Positions 25,105 through 33,828 of a stretch of DNA of 64,000 nt are shown here, piece after piece. Origin of the DNA: Thermodesulfobacteriota bacterium (GTDB lineage: Bacteria; Desulfobacterota; BSN033; UBA1163); the NCBI GenBank assembly GCA_026415035.1, contig JAOAHX010000008.1, positions 16,270 to 80,269 of the forward strand, given 5' to 3'. The position numbers and the translations under genes were made by a program. The stretch's first letter is position 1. The number at the start of each line of letters is the position of its first letter. The notes beneath the pieces were generated by a model. The model worked only from the letters and a program-made list of their open reading frames with translations. It did not search any database and was not told the DNA's origin.

Positions 25105-26810
25105 CGGAGACCTCTGGCCCGAATAAAGAGATTGCGAAAGAACCATCTGCCATTCGAATCCTGTTCGAATTGAGATAATCCGGAGGATCTCAACTGAAGA
25201 AGGTGATTGAAGAGGCCGGCCTCCATGGCCTCGTACTCCTCAGGGGTGAAGAATCTCTCGGTTTCATAAACGAGCCTGACCTCTTTAAACCGTTCCTCCA
25301 ATCGTTTCCATAATCCCTCGGGGTCTGCCAGAGAGATGGCAAGCATCCAGAGCCTTCCCCGCTCAGGATGGAGAAACCTTTGGACCTTTTCAAGGATCGC
25401 AAAAAGATGGTCTGTTCCGTGCAGCCCCCCGTAGCGCGGGCCGAAGGGCCGGGGCCCAGGAGTCTGGGGAGGTGTGGCGATGACCACGTCGAACCGATCG
25501 AGATTCTCCTTCAGCGGCTCAAACCAAGACCCTCCTTTGATCTGGATCCTGGCAGCCACCCCGTTGAGCTTGGCGTTGAGGGCCGTTGCCTCGAGGGCCT
25601 TGGGGTCAATATCGACCGCCACCACCTCTTTCGCACCGAGTTTGGCCGAAACGATGGAGAAAAGCCCGCTTCCGCACCCAAGGTCAAGGACCTTCTCATC
25701 CCTCCGAATGTCAAGGAACTTGGCCAGATCGATGCTCGAAGGGGGTGGGATATGGACGCCTTCAGGAAGATCGAGGAGGATGCGGCCAAAAGGGAGATCG
25801 AGGGTCATCTGACTCCTTTCTGGGCCACCCATATGGCCATACCGGTTCAGGCCGGAGGAGAGGAGGCGTCCGATAAGGGTCGGATAATCCAAACCCGACC
25901 ATCTGGCAGATCGGGCAAAGGCCTCGCCGATCTCGAGGCTCGGCGTGACATTGGCCTCGAGAAGATAAGGGGTCCCATCCTCCGTGAGCCGTAAATCAAA
26001 GCGAGCGTAGTCCTTCAAACCGAGGGCGTCGAAGGCTTTGCGTGCAAATGCCTCGATCCTCTCTCGAAGATTAAGCGGGAGGTCGGCAGGCCTCATGGAT
26101 TCTTCGGGTGGATCCACCTTTTTAAAGGTTTCGCTGAGCACCTCATTCCCGGTATGTTCCAGTCGCCATTCGAGGATCGTCAAGACCTCTAACCCCTTCG
26201 GACCAGCAATCACCGGTACGGCCAGTTCCCGCCCCTTAAGATAGGTTTCGACCAGAACAGGTTGGCCATACCGTTGGAGCAGGTCGGCTGCATGAAGGTG
26301 AAGCTCCTTTTCATTTCGGGCGAGCCTGAGGCCACGACTCATATGCTCGAAGGCGGGTTTGAGCACCAGAGGGGGTTCAAGCCACTGAGGAAGTTCGAAT
26401 TCTTTTGTGCGGACAAGGATCCCTGGAGGCGTCGGGATCCCCGCGGTGGAAAGCCGCGCTTTCGAAGCCATCTTGTCATCGGCAAGGAAACAGGCTTTGG
26501 CATCCGAGCCCACGATTCGGGCTCCTCGGGACTCGAGCAGGAGCCGGACGAGGGCCCGGAAGAATCCCCTGCCTTTGAACGTATCCGTATGATCGATGAT
26601 GAAGTCACATTGGCAGGCCAGATCGTCTGCCTGAAATTCGATCTCCTCGGAGTTGACGATGAGGGCGTCATGACCGAGAGCGGCAAGACCCTGGGCAATC
26701 GACTCCGCACAGCGGCAGACGGATTCGAGGGTTCGGACAATTCCTATGCGCATTCGGTCATCAGAGATCTTGAGAAGCCTCACCGAGGCCGATCCTCCTC
26801 GGTCTGTCAA
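25101..26810 (-). CDS. fusion protein: ATP-grasp ligase (D-Ala-D-Ala-ligase-like) N-terminal half, SAM-dependent methyltransferase (HemK/PrmC-like small MTase) C-terminal half
   Basis: ATP-grasp: LVLKPAFEHMSRG, VLVETYLKGRELAVPVIAG, DYARFDLRLTEDGTPYLLEANVTPSL. MTase: VLDLGCGSGLFSIV (motif I), VVAVDIDPKA, VIATPPQTPG (NPPY-like). The exact start codon is uncertain. Confidence 0.65.
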   Translation of the reverse strand: MTDRGGSASVRLLKISDDRMRIGIVRTLESVCRCAESIAQGLAALGHDALIVNSEEIEFQADDLACQCDFIIDHTDTFKGRGFFRALVRLLLESRGARIVGSDAKACFLADDKMASKARLSTAGIPTPPGILVRTKEFELPQWLEPPLVLKPAFEHMSRGLRLARNEKELHLHAADLLQRYGQPVLVETYLKGRELAVPVIAGPKGLEVLTILEWRLEHTGNEVLSETFKKVDPPEESMRPADLPLNLRERIEAFARKAFDALGLKDYARFDLRLTEDGTPYLLEANVTPSLEIGEAFARSARWSGLDYPTLIGRLLSSGLNRYGHMGGPERSQMTLDLPFGRILLDLPEGVHIPPPSSIDLAKFLDIRRDEKVLDLGCGSGLFSIVSAKLGAKEVVAVDIDPKALEATALNAKLNGVAARIQIKGGSWFEPLKENLDRFDVVIATPPQTPGPRPFGPRYGGLHGTDHLFAILEKVQRFLHPERGRLWMLAISLADPEGLWKRLEERFKEVRLVYETERFFTPEEYEAMEAGLFNHLLQLRSSGLSQFEQDSNGRWFFRNLFIRARGLR

Positions 26811-27080
26811 CAGCCCGGCTCTCCAGGATGGCCGCAGCAGGACTGAAAGCGACGGATCTTAATCCAGTTGTTCCTCAACAAAAGCCATAGCTTCTTAGGC
26901 CATGGCAGATCCCCTCGGAGATTGGTGAGAAAAGATCGGGGATTTGGTTTATCCATTGTATTCCATTTTAGCCAAATGGAGCCCCGATTTTCAAAAGAAA
27001 TTTCTCCAAAGAGGGCCCATTCCAAAGACTGCTTTCCTCCTCTCTTGACAACCTCCTCGCCTTTTATTATTATTCAAGCT

Positions 27081-28331
27081 ATGAATAATGATCATTCAAA
27101 ATATGAATTATTTTACAGAAAAAGATGGATTGGCCCCCTGATCCAATCAGGGATCAAAACATTTCCTGTGGTCATTGTCTCTGGAGCGAGACAGGTCGGG
27201 AAGAGCACCTTCCTGCAGAACGAATTCCCAGATTTTAAATACCTCAGCCTGGATGATTTCTCGGCGCTCCACCAGGCCCAAAGAGATCCATCTTCCCTGT
27301 GGATCGACACGGATCGGGTCATCCTCGATGAGGCCCAAAAAGCTCCGGAGCTTTTTAGCGCTGTGAAACTTGCGGTAGACCGTAGCAGAAGGAAGATCCG
27401 CTTTTTAATCTCCGGGTCCTCGAATCTGTTATTGATGAAAGGGATCAGCGAGACCCTTGCAGGAAGAGCCATCTACTTTGAGATGCATCCGATGACCTAT
27501 GGCGAAATGTATGGAAAAGGCGAAAGGCCTCAAAATTTCCTTCACCTTCTCCATACCCATTTCAAGATCAAAGAACAAGAGTTGAAGGAAGTAGATCCCG
27601 TTCCCCTGATGCTCAAAGGTTTCATGCCTCCCCTGCTGCATTTGTCAGAGGGGAAAGACGTCCTACTCTGGTGGGAGGGTTATGTTAAGACATATCTTGA
27701 AAGGGACTTGAGAGAACTTTCGCAGATCGAGTCCTTGGTCGATTTTAGAAGAGTCCTGGAATCCCTCGCCCTCAGGACAGGGAATTTACTTAATCAGACA
27801 GAGGTCAGTCGAGATACCGGAGTCAGTCAACCTACGGTTTATCGATATATGAAGCTTCTCGAAATCTCAAACCTCGTCAAAAGGATTCCAGCCTACTTTC
27901 CTGCCCGAACGAAAAGGATTACAAAATCTCCTAAATGTTTCTTCGTGGACCCAGGCCTGAGCATTTATCTTTCAGGATATTACGATGAAGAGTCTTTGAG
28001 GAAGGCGAGGGAGATCGGACATTACTTCGAGTCCTTTATCTTTTTACATTTACAGGTCCTGAGCGAATGGTTGGTCCCCAAGGCCTCTCTTTTTTACTGG
28101 AGAACCCCATCGGGAAAAGAAGTGGACTTCGTCCTCGAGCAGGGCAAAAACCTCTTTGCCTTTGAGGTTAAGATGACCCAGAAACCTACTTTCCATGATG
28201 TGCGGAATTTAATCGCCTTTGTGGAAGAGCATCCGAGGACCGTAAGAGGGGTTTTGATCCACGCCGGATCATCGATTCAATATTTTCATTCAAAGGTGAT
28301 CGCTATCCCCTGGTGGTGGATTGGATTGTAA
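27081..28331 (+). CDS. AAA+ ATPase with DUF4143 C-terminal domain
   Basis: Walker A GARQVGKST, Walker B ILDEAQ, and a C-terminal DUF4143-like region. Local GC is visibly lower than in the flanks. Start placed at MNNDHSKY (27081). Confidence 0.8.
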   Translation: MNNDHSKYELFYRKRWIGPLIQSGIKTFPVVIVSGARQVGKSTFLQNEFPDFKYLSLDDFSALHQAQRDPSSLWIDTDRVILDEAQKAPELFSAVKLAVDRSRRKIRFLISGSSNLLLMKGISETLAGRAIYFEMHPMTYGEMYGKGERPQNFLHLLHTHFKIKEQELKEVDPVPLMLKGFMPPLLHLSEGKDVLLWWEGYVKTYLERDLRELSQIESLVDFRRVLESLALRTGNLLNQTEVSRDTGVSQPTVYRYMKLLEISNLVKRIPAYFPARTKRITKSPKCFFVDPGLSIYLSGYYDEESLRKAREIGHYFESFIFLHLQVLSEWLVPKASLFYWRTPSGKEVDFVLEQGKNLFAFEVKMTQKPTFHDVRNLIAFVEEHPRTVRGVLIHAGSSIQYFHSKVIAIPWWWIGL

Positions 28332-28346
28332 TTTAAACGAGTCCTT

Positions 28347-29465
28347 TCAAAAGATTCCACCTAAGCTTCCGGCGTAGCCGGTCAGTTCCACATAGCCCTC
28401 GCAGGTGATCGCTCTGCCTCCCGCGGTTCCCCTTCCGGCGACCGCGCCCTCCCAGTAAACGATCCCGGTGGACCCTTGGGTCAGGAGTTCCTGGCCGGAG
28501 ACGAGGGGGGTCAGTTCTACCTCTATCTTTTCCGAGGCGATCTTCAATCTCCATCGGCTCGGATATCTGCCACCGCTCTGAGGGCTTTTCCAGTAATCGA
28601 GGACTTGCAGGTTGATGTCGTTGAGTTGGAGATGAATCGCCTCCCCCGAGGCCTTGACCAGGGTCCCCGAGGAGGAGGCTTCGATCGTCCCGTCCTTCCT
28701 CCTGAGAAAATAGACCATCAGCTCCCGGCCGTCCGAAAGGTGGAGGCTGAACCAGTCCCAACCCACCTGATCGGGGGCGAGTTGATTCGAACCGAATTCA
28801 TGGTCAAACCAGCTCGTCCCTTTTACAGGAATGGAGGAATTGGAAAGAGGCGTTTTGATGAGTCCTTCGGTTGCGAGATTCGTATAGGAGAAGTAGTAGG
28901 AGGCCTGGCCTTCCTTCGGCCCTTTTTGGCTGAGTCCGTTCCTTCCATGGAAGACGAGGGGCTTGCGGGGCACCAGGCGGAGGGAGAGCCCCATCTCCTG
29001 ATGCCGGGCCGATAGGTGGATCCGGTTCCCCTCCATCTTGGCGAGCCAGTTGAGGAGCCAGACGTCCATCCTGTCTCGAGCGGCCCCTGCAAGCCCAGGA
29101 CCCTCCCGCGAAACCCTTTCTGCATACCAGAAACGATTGGAGGAGACATCGGTCAGGGCAAAATGGGCCAGGTAGATGTCGCGAATCGACCAGGGGTGAT
29201 CCGGATCCTTTGCCTTGGGGAGCGCCCCCTGCCGGAAGAAGGTGAGCTGGTATCCAAAGCGGTTGTTCGAAGCATCTCTCAGATGGCCCGTGAAGTACCA
29301 CCACTCGGTCCTGAATTCAGGGTGAGAACCATGATCTCTTGGGAAGGACCAATCCCAAGGACCGATGGCCTGACGCCAATCCCGGGCGGAGGCCAGAGAG
29401 AGGAACCCCATCAAAAGCAGAGGAGGGAGGAGCTTCCAAAGGGATTTATGAAGGCGACGATTCAT
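28347..29465 (-). CDS. AttH/CrtC-like (lipocalin-like) secreted protein
   Basis: Signal peptide. HPEFRTEWWYFTGHL is the hallmark of the AttH / hydroxyneurosporene synthase-like family. Confidence 0.65.
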   Translation of the reverse strand: MNRRLHKSLWKLLPPLLLMGFLSLASARDWRQAIGPWDWSFPRDHGSHPEFRTEWWYFTGHLRDASNNRFGYQLTFFRQGALPKAKDPDHPWSIRDIYLAHFALTDVSSNRFWYAERVSREGPGLAGAARDRMDVWLLNWLAKMEGNRIHLSARHQEMGLSLRLVPRKPLVFHGRNGLSQKGPKEGQASYYFSYTNLATEGLIKTPLSNSSIPVKGTSWFDHEFGSNQLAPDQVGWDWFSLHLSDGRELMVYFLRRKDGTIEASSSGTLVKASGEAIHLQLNDINLQVLDYWKSPQSGGRYPSRWRLKIASEKIEVELTPLVSGQELLTQGSTGIVYWEGAVAGRGTAGGRAITCEGYVELTGYAGSLGGIF

Positions 29466-29510
29466 CTTCTTTTTGCGTAATCCTGAGGCCCCCGATCCTG
29501 CTTAGATGAA

Positions 29511-32000
29511 CTACTCCTCCCGGATTTGGATTTGAGGATAGGTCCGGTAGACCCTCCAGATGGGATAAACGGCGGCTCCGATGCTGGCCAGAATGGCGAT
29601 GAGGCCCGTCCATAGATAAGGTTCGGGGGTAGGGTGATAGAAGATGGTCCAGTTGAAACTTCGGAGGTTGATCACCTTGATCAGGAGAACGGCAAGCCCG
29701 GTTCCGACGACGAGGCTCAGGATGAAACTGATCATCCCCATCCCCAGCCCCTCCATAAGCGTCATCTTCGCCACCTGACCCGTCGAAAATCCCAGGGCAC
29801 GGTAGATGCCGAACTCCCGGCTCCGCTCGATGAAGAGCGTCAGCAAAGCACCGGCGATGCCGAAAAAGGCGACGACGATGGCGATGACCCTCATGGAACG
29901 GGTGATGGCAAACGTCGTGTCAAACACCTCGAGGATCTCTCGATGGAGTTGAGCGCCCGTCAGCACCGGAAGCCCCCTCGCCTCCGCCCTCTTCTTCACC
30001 TCTTGGATCAGTTCGGATCTGCGCGGGTTGTCGGGGTCGATGAAGATCCCGATGTTGTTGAGGGTTCGGTCACCAAAAACCTTGAGATAGGTGGACCGGT
30101 CCATCATGACCAAGCCGTGTTCCGTGGTGTAATCGTAAAAGATGGCCCCGACCCTAAAGGCCGTAGGGCCTTGTCGGCCATCCAGCGTGATCGTATCACC
30201 CGATTTCACTCCAAAGCGCCTCGCAAAACTTTCGGAGACAATGACGCCACCCTGTTTGACAGGTTCCCAATTCTCATCCCCCCCTTTGACCCAGCCAAAC
30301 CGGGCATACTTCTGAAGGACCTTCGCATCCACCGCACTGATATGGATGGGGGTCTCTTGGTATAAGGTCTGGACATTGCGATAGGGATGGACCCCACCCA
30401 ATCCCTCCAACCCCTTCAGCTCCTCGAAGAAGTCCTCCGGGACCTCGGCTTCGAGGATCTTTCCGATGTAAAGATCCCCCCGGATCTGGGTGCCCATCCA
30501 CCAGATCAGGGACTGTCTGAAACTTCCGATCATCGTCCCCAGGCCGATCGACATGGAGAGCGAGATCATGAAGGCCGCGATGGCCACACCCGTCCTTCCG
30601 AGATTCTGCCGGATCGTCCCCGCCGCCACCTTCCCCGGAAGCCCTCCCCAAAGGACGAGGAGTTTTTTGAGAAAGGGGTGAAGGCCGAGGAGCAAGACGC
30701 CGGTGAGAAGGCTCGCCCCGAGGACGAAGCCGAAGACGCCGGCGAAACCGACATAGACATCGCCATCAGGGATGAGGAAGAGCATCAGGCTGACGAGAAA
30801 GACCGCAAGACCCGCGAGGGCCAATTGTATGGCCCGCTGGCCGCTCTTTCGGCCGGGCGCCCTTCCGCTCAAGGCTTGAACCGGATCGGTACGGATCAGT
30901 TCCACGAGGGGGACGATCCCTCCCACCAGGCCGGCGCCGCATCCGAGCAGGATGCCGACCACCGGGATCCAGAGCGACCAGACGACCGGTTCCGGTCTTA
31001 AGAAGAAGTAGAGATTGCTGATGGTATCGCCGATCATGCCGGTCAAAAATCGGGTCAAGAGATACCCCACCCAACCTCCGAGGGCTCCGCCGATGGCGCC
31101 GAGGATGAGGATCTCGGAAAGAAAGGCGAGAAAAATCTCGACCCTTGTTGCCCCGAGGCTCCTCAAGATGCCCGCATCGCGCCTTCGGCTGATGACCGTG
31201 AACATGGCGGTATTGTAGATGAGAAAGACGCCGACGAAGAGGGCCAACAGGGAGAGGGCCTCGAGATTGAGACGAAAGGCCCGAAGCATCCCGGAGTAGG
31301 TCTCGCTCCGCTGACGGGACGACTGGATGAGAAACCCTTTTCCCCAGCGAGACCGAAAACCGGGTTCGTCTGAAAGGATGAGGTCGACCCGGTCGACCCA
31401 GCCCTGGAGTTGATAGAGTTTCTGAGCATGACCGATATCCATGACCATCAGAGGCTCTGCCGAAGGATTGGAAAACACCCCCTTGACCCGAAGCCTCCCT
31501 TTCGTCGTCTCCAGGAGGGTATCGGGTGGGATTTCGATCTCTTCGATCAAATCCTGGTCCACGAGGACCGAGCGCTCGTCGGTCAAAAAGGAGAGGAGAT
31601 GAGAAAGGACGTCTGCCTTTTGATCCAGCCATTCCACACGGGCAAGTTCGGGGCGAAGCGTCCGGTCCAAAAACGGATCGATCCCCAGAAGCCGGACCTG
31701 GCCACCCTGGAGGAGGCTCAGCTGACGGTCGATGACCGGAGAGAACCACTCCACCGCAGGATCGCGGCTCAGTTGGATCAACAGGTGCTCCTCCATGGGA
31801 CCGACCGGTCTCTGGATCGAGTGGGTGGCTTGGCCTCTCAAAAATTCGATGGCCTTATGGAAACTCCGGAGGGCCGTCTGGGCGGAGAGGGTCATGCCCA
31901 CCACCGCGGCCACGCCGCAGGCCACGCCCATCAGTTGGAGGAGGCTGAGGCTCCGTCTGCGGGGAAGATAGCGGAGAAAGGATTTGGCGACGATCCTCAA
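29511..32000 (-). CDS. ABC transporter permease with duplicated FtsX-like domains (MacB/LolE-type)
   Basis: 829 aa, with two 4-TM FtsX-like modules each preceded by a large periplasmic domain. Overlaps the ATPase gene by 4 nt. Confidence 0.8.
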   Translation of the reverse strand: MRIVAKSFLRYLPRRRSLSLLQLMGVACGVAAVVGMTLSAQTALRSFHKAIEFLRGQATHSIQRPVGPMEEHLLIQLSRDPAVEWFSPVIDRQLSLLQGGQVRLLGIDPFLDRTLRPELARVEWLDQKADVLSHLLSFLTDERSVLVDQDLIEEIEIPPDTLLETTKGRLRVKGVFSNPSAEPLMVMDIGHAQKLYQLQGWVDRVDLILSDEPGFRSRWGKGFLIQSSRQRSETYSGMLRAFRLNLEALSLLALFVGVFLIYNTAMFTVISRRRDAGILRSLGATRVEIFLAFLSEILILGAIGGALGGWVGYLLTRFLTGMIGDTISNLYFFLRPEPVVWSLWIPVVGILLGCGAGLVGGIVPLVELIRTDPVQALSGRAPGRKSGQRAIQLALAGLAVFLVSLMLFLIPDGDVYVGFAGVFGFVLGASLLTGVLLLGLHPFLKKLLVLWGGLPGKVAAGTIRQNLGRTGVAIAAFMISLSMSIGLGTMIGSFRQSLIWWMGTQIRGDLYIGKILEAEVPEDFFEELKGLEGLGGVHPYRNVQTLYQETPIHISAVDAKVLQKYARFGWVKGGDENWEPVKQGGVIVSESFARRFGVKSGDTITLDGRQGPTAFRVGAIFYDYTTEHGLVMMDRSTYLKVFGDRTLNNIGIFIDPDNPRRSELIQEVKKRAEARGLPVLTGAQLHREILEVFDTTFAITRSMRVIAIVVAFFGIAGALLTLFIERSREFGIYRALGFSTGQVAKMTLMEGLGMGMISFILSLVVGTGLAVLLIKVINLRSFNWTIFYHPTPEPYLWTGLIAILASIGAAVYPIWRVYRTYPQIQIREE

Positions 32001-32686
32001 TGGGGCGATTCCTCACAGAAGGTCTCTTCGGTGATCACGCCATCGACCATTCTCAGGATGCGGGTCGCATAACGGCAGGTCAATGGGGAATGGGTGGCCA
32101 TGATCAGGGTGGTTCCTGATTCGCGACAGCTTCGGGTCAACAACTCGAGGATCTGGTTTCCTGTGGCCGTATCGAGATTTCCCGTGGGTTCATCGGCCAA
32201 GACGATGGTAGGGTTTTTTACGATGGCCCTGGCGATGGCCACCCGTTGCTGTTCCCCTCCGGAGAGCTCATTGGGATAGCGGCGTTCTTTGCCCTTAAGC
32301 CCCACGTCTCTCAAGGCCTGGAAGGCCAGCTCCGGCTCCGGCCGATTGGCCAGTTCGAGGGAGAGGTAGACGTTTTCGAAGGCCGTGAGGGTCGGAAGAA
32401 GGTTGAAGAACTGGAAGATGAATCCGATCTTCGCCCGTCTCAACAGCGTTCGGCCCCTCTCCCCAAGTTCCTCTAAATCTCGACCCTCCACCTCGATCCG
32501 TCCCCGTGTCGGACGATCCAGTCCCGCGATGAGGTTGAAGAGGGTCGTCTTTCCGGAGCCGCTCTTTCCGAAGAGGGCGACGACCTCTCCTGCCTCGATC
32601 TCGAGGCTCGTCCCACAGAGGGCGGGGGTGGCCGCCCCTACCTCCCCATAGTGTTTCCAAAGATCGTGGATTCGGATGAGGGCCAT
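31997..32686 (-). CDS. ABC transporter ATP-binding protein (LolD/MacB-NBD-like)
   Basis: Walker A GKSGSGKTT, signature LSGGEQQRVAIARA, Walker B LADEPTGNLD. Start placed at MALIRIHDL. Confidence 0.85.
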   Translation of the reverse strand: MALIRIHDLWKHYGEVGAATPALCGTSLEIEAGEVVALFGKSGSGKTTLFNLIAGLDRPTRGRIEVEGRDLEELGERGRTLLRRAKIGFIFQFFNLLPTLTAFENVYLSLELANRPEPELAFQALRDVGLKGKERRYPNELSGGEQQRVAIARAIVKNPTIVLADEPTGNLDTATGNQILELLTRSCRESGTTLIMATHSPLTCRYATRILRMVDGVITEETFCEESPH

Positions 32687-32696
32687 GGGGGGAAGG

Positions 32697-32900
32697 CTAA
32701 AGTTTTTCTGGGAAACAGAGGTTCTCCCCGCGAGCTGCGGCACGTCCGCAGTGTTGACAGAAATATTTGGCGTCCCGGATGAGCTCCTTGTATTCCTCCT
32801 GGGTCATGCTCTTCCGGAGCTCGCAGAGATGCCGTTCGTGTCCCTCATGGGGCACATTGAGAGCTGCCTCGGATAGGAAGACCTTTCCTGTGGTGGCCAT
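32697..32900 (-). CDS. small Cys-containing (zinc-ribbon-like) protein
   Basis: 67 aa with a CQHCGR pair plus two further Cys. A GGAGGGTG RBS sits 8 nt upstream of the ATG. It is the first gene of the ABC/AttH operon. Confidence 0.4.
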   Translation of the reverse strand: MATTGKVFLSEAALNVPHEGHERHLCELRKSMTQEEYKELIRDAKYFCQHCGRAAARGENLCFPEKL

Positions 32901-32955
32901 GCTTAATCACCCTCCCTTCGTCAAATTCACCAAAGAGCCGTGACGAAACACACGC

Positions 32956-33819
32956 TCAAAGACCCCGTTTGGTTTCGATCCATTCGGAGAGTTTCTTCAG
33001 ATCCGGGCCCCTCGTGAAGAGAGGGGTTTTGTTTTCCCGATAGACCGTCAGGTTCTCTTCAAAGGTCGGCCTCGGGTTGAGGTAAAAGATCCCTAAAGGC
33101 ATGCGGTCGGTCTCCCAGGCCTTTTTGAGCGCCTCAACTCGATCGTAAGGATCGTGGTCCTCCCCAAGATAGTAAATCTTCGATTTAAACCACTGGTAGG
33201 TATTCAACTTGTTATAGGTAACGCAGGGCTGGAGGATGTCGACAAGGGCATACCCTTTGTGGGAGATCGCCTTTTTGATCAACTCCTTCGTCTGATCCAC
33301 ATCCCCGGCAAAGGCCCTGGCGACAAAGGAGGCCCCCAGGGTAATGGCGATCGCAAGGGGGTTGAAGGGTTCGTGAAAGACGCCTTCCCGCTGGACGAGG
33401 GTTTTGAACCCTTGAAGGCTCGTGGGCGAGGCCTGCCCTTTGGTCAACCCGTAGACCATGTTGTTGTGAACGATATTGGTGATGTCCGGGTTCCGACGAA
33501 TGGCGTGGAGAAAATGGTTCCCGCCCTCGCCATACATGCAGCCGTCACCGCTTTCGTCGATGACGATGAGGTCAGGGTTGACCGCTTTGATGGCGGTGGC
33601 CACGGGCAGGGATCGCCCGTGGAGGCCGTTGAAGAGGTTGCACCGGAAATAGTGGGGGGCTTTGGCCGCCTGTCCGATGCCCGAGACGACGACGAGCCTC
33701 TCGGGTTCGATCTGAAGCTCAAAAAGCGCGGCCTTCAGGGCCCTTAGGATGGCAAAATTCCCACAGCCCGGACACCAGGCGATATCCAATCCTTCTATGT
33801 CATATCGGTTCGTTTCCAT
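32956..33819 (-). CDS. korB: 2-oxoacid:ferredoxin oxidoreductase beta subunit (TPP-binding)
   Basis: CPGCGNF N-terminal motif, GDG...N TPP-binding motif ([15 protein letters not shown]). Confidence 0.85.
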   Translation of the reverse strand: METNRYDIEGLDIAWCPGCGNFAILRALKAALFELQIEPERLVVVSGIGQAAKAPHYFRCNLFNGLHGRSLPVATAIKAVNPDLIVIDESGDGCMYGEGGNHFLHAIRRNPDITNIVHNNMVYGLTKGQASPTSLQGFKTLVQREGVFHEPFNPLAIAITLGASFVARAFAGDVDQTKELIKKAISHKGYALVDILQPCVTYNKLNTYQWFKSKIYYLGEDHDPYDRVEALKKAWETDRMPLGIFYLNPRPTFEENLTVYRENKTPLFTRGPDLKKLSEWIETKRGL

Positions 33820-33828
33820 TTGAGGCTC

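Noticed and set aside
28770-28800. GGTTCGAATC (tRNA T-arm-like) motif on the minus strand
   Set aside because: Lies inside the AttH-like CDS with no acceptor or anticodon stem context. Chance match.
30766-31749. 327-aa - strand ORF (Arg/Pro/Gly-rich)
   Set aside because: Same strand as the FtsX permease but in a different frame, with low-complexity composition. The permease frame carries the TM pattern.
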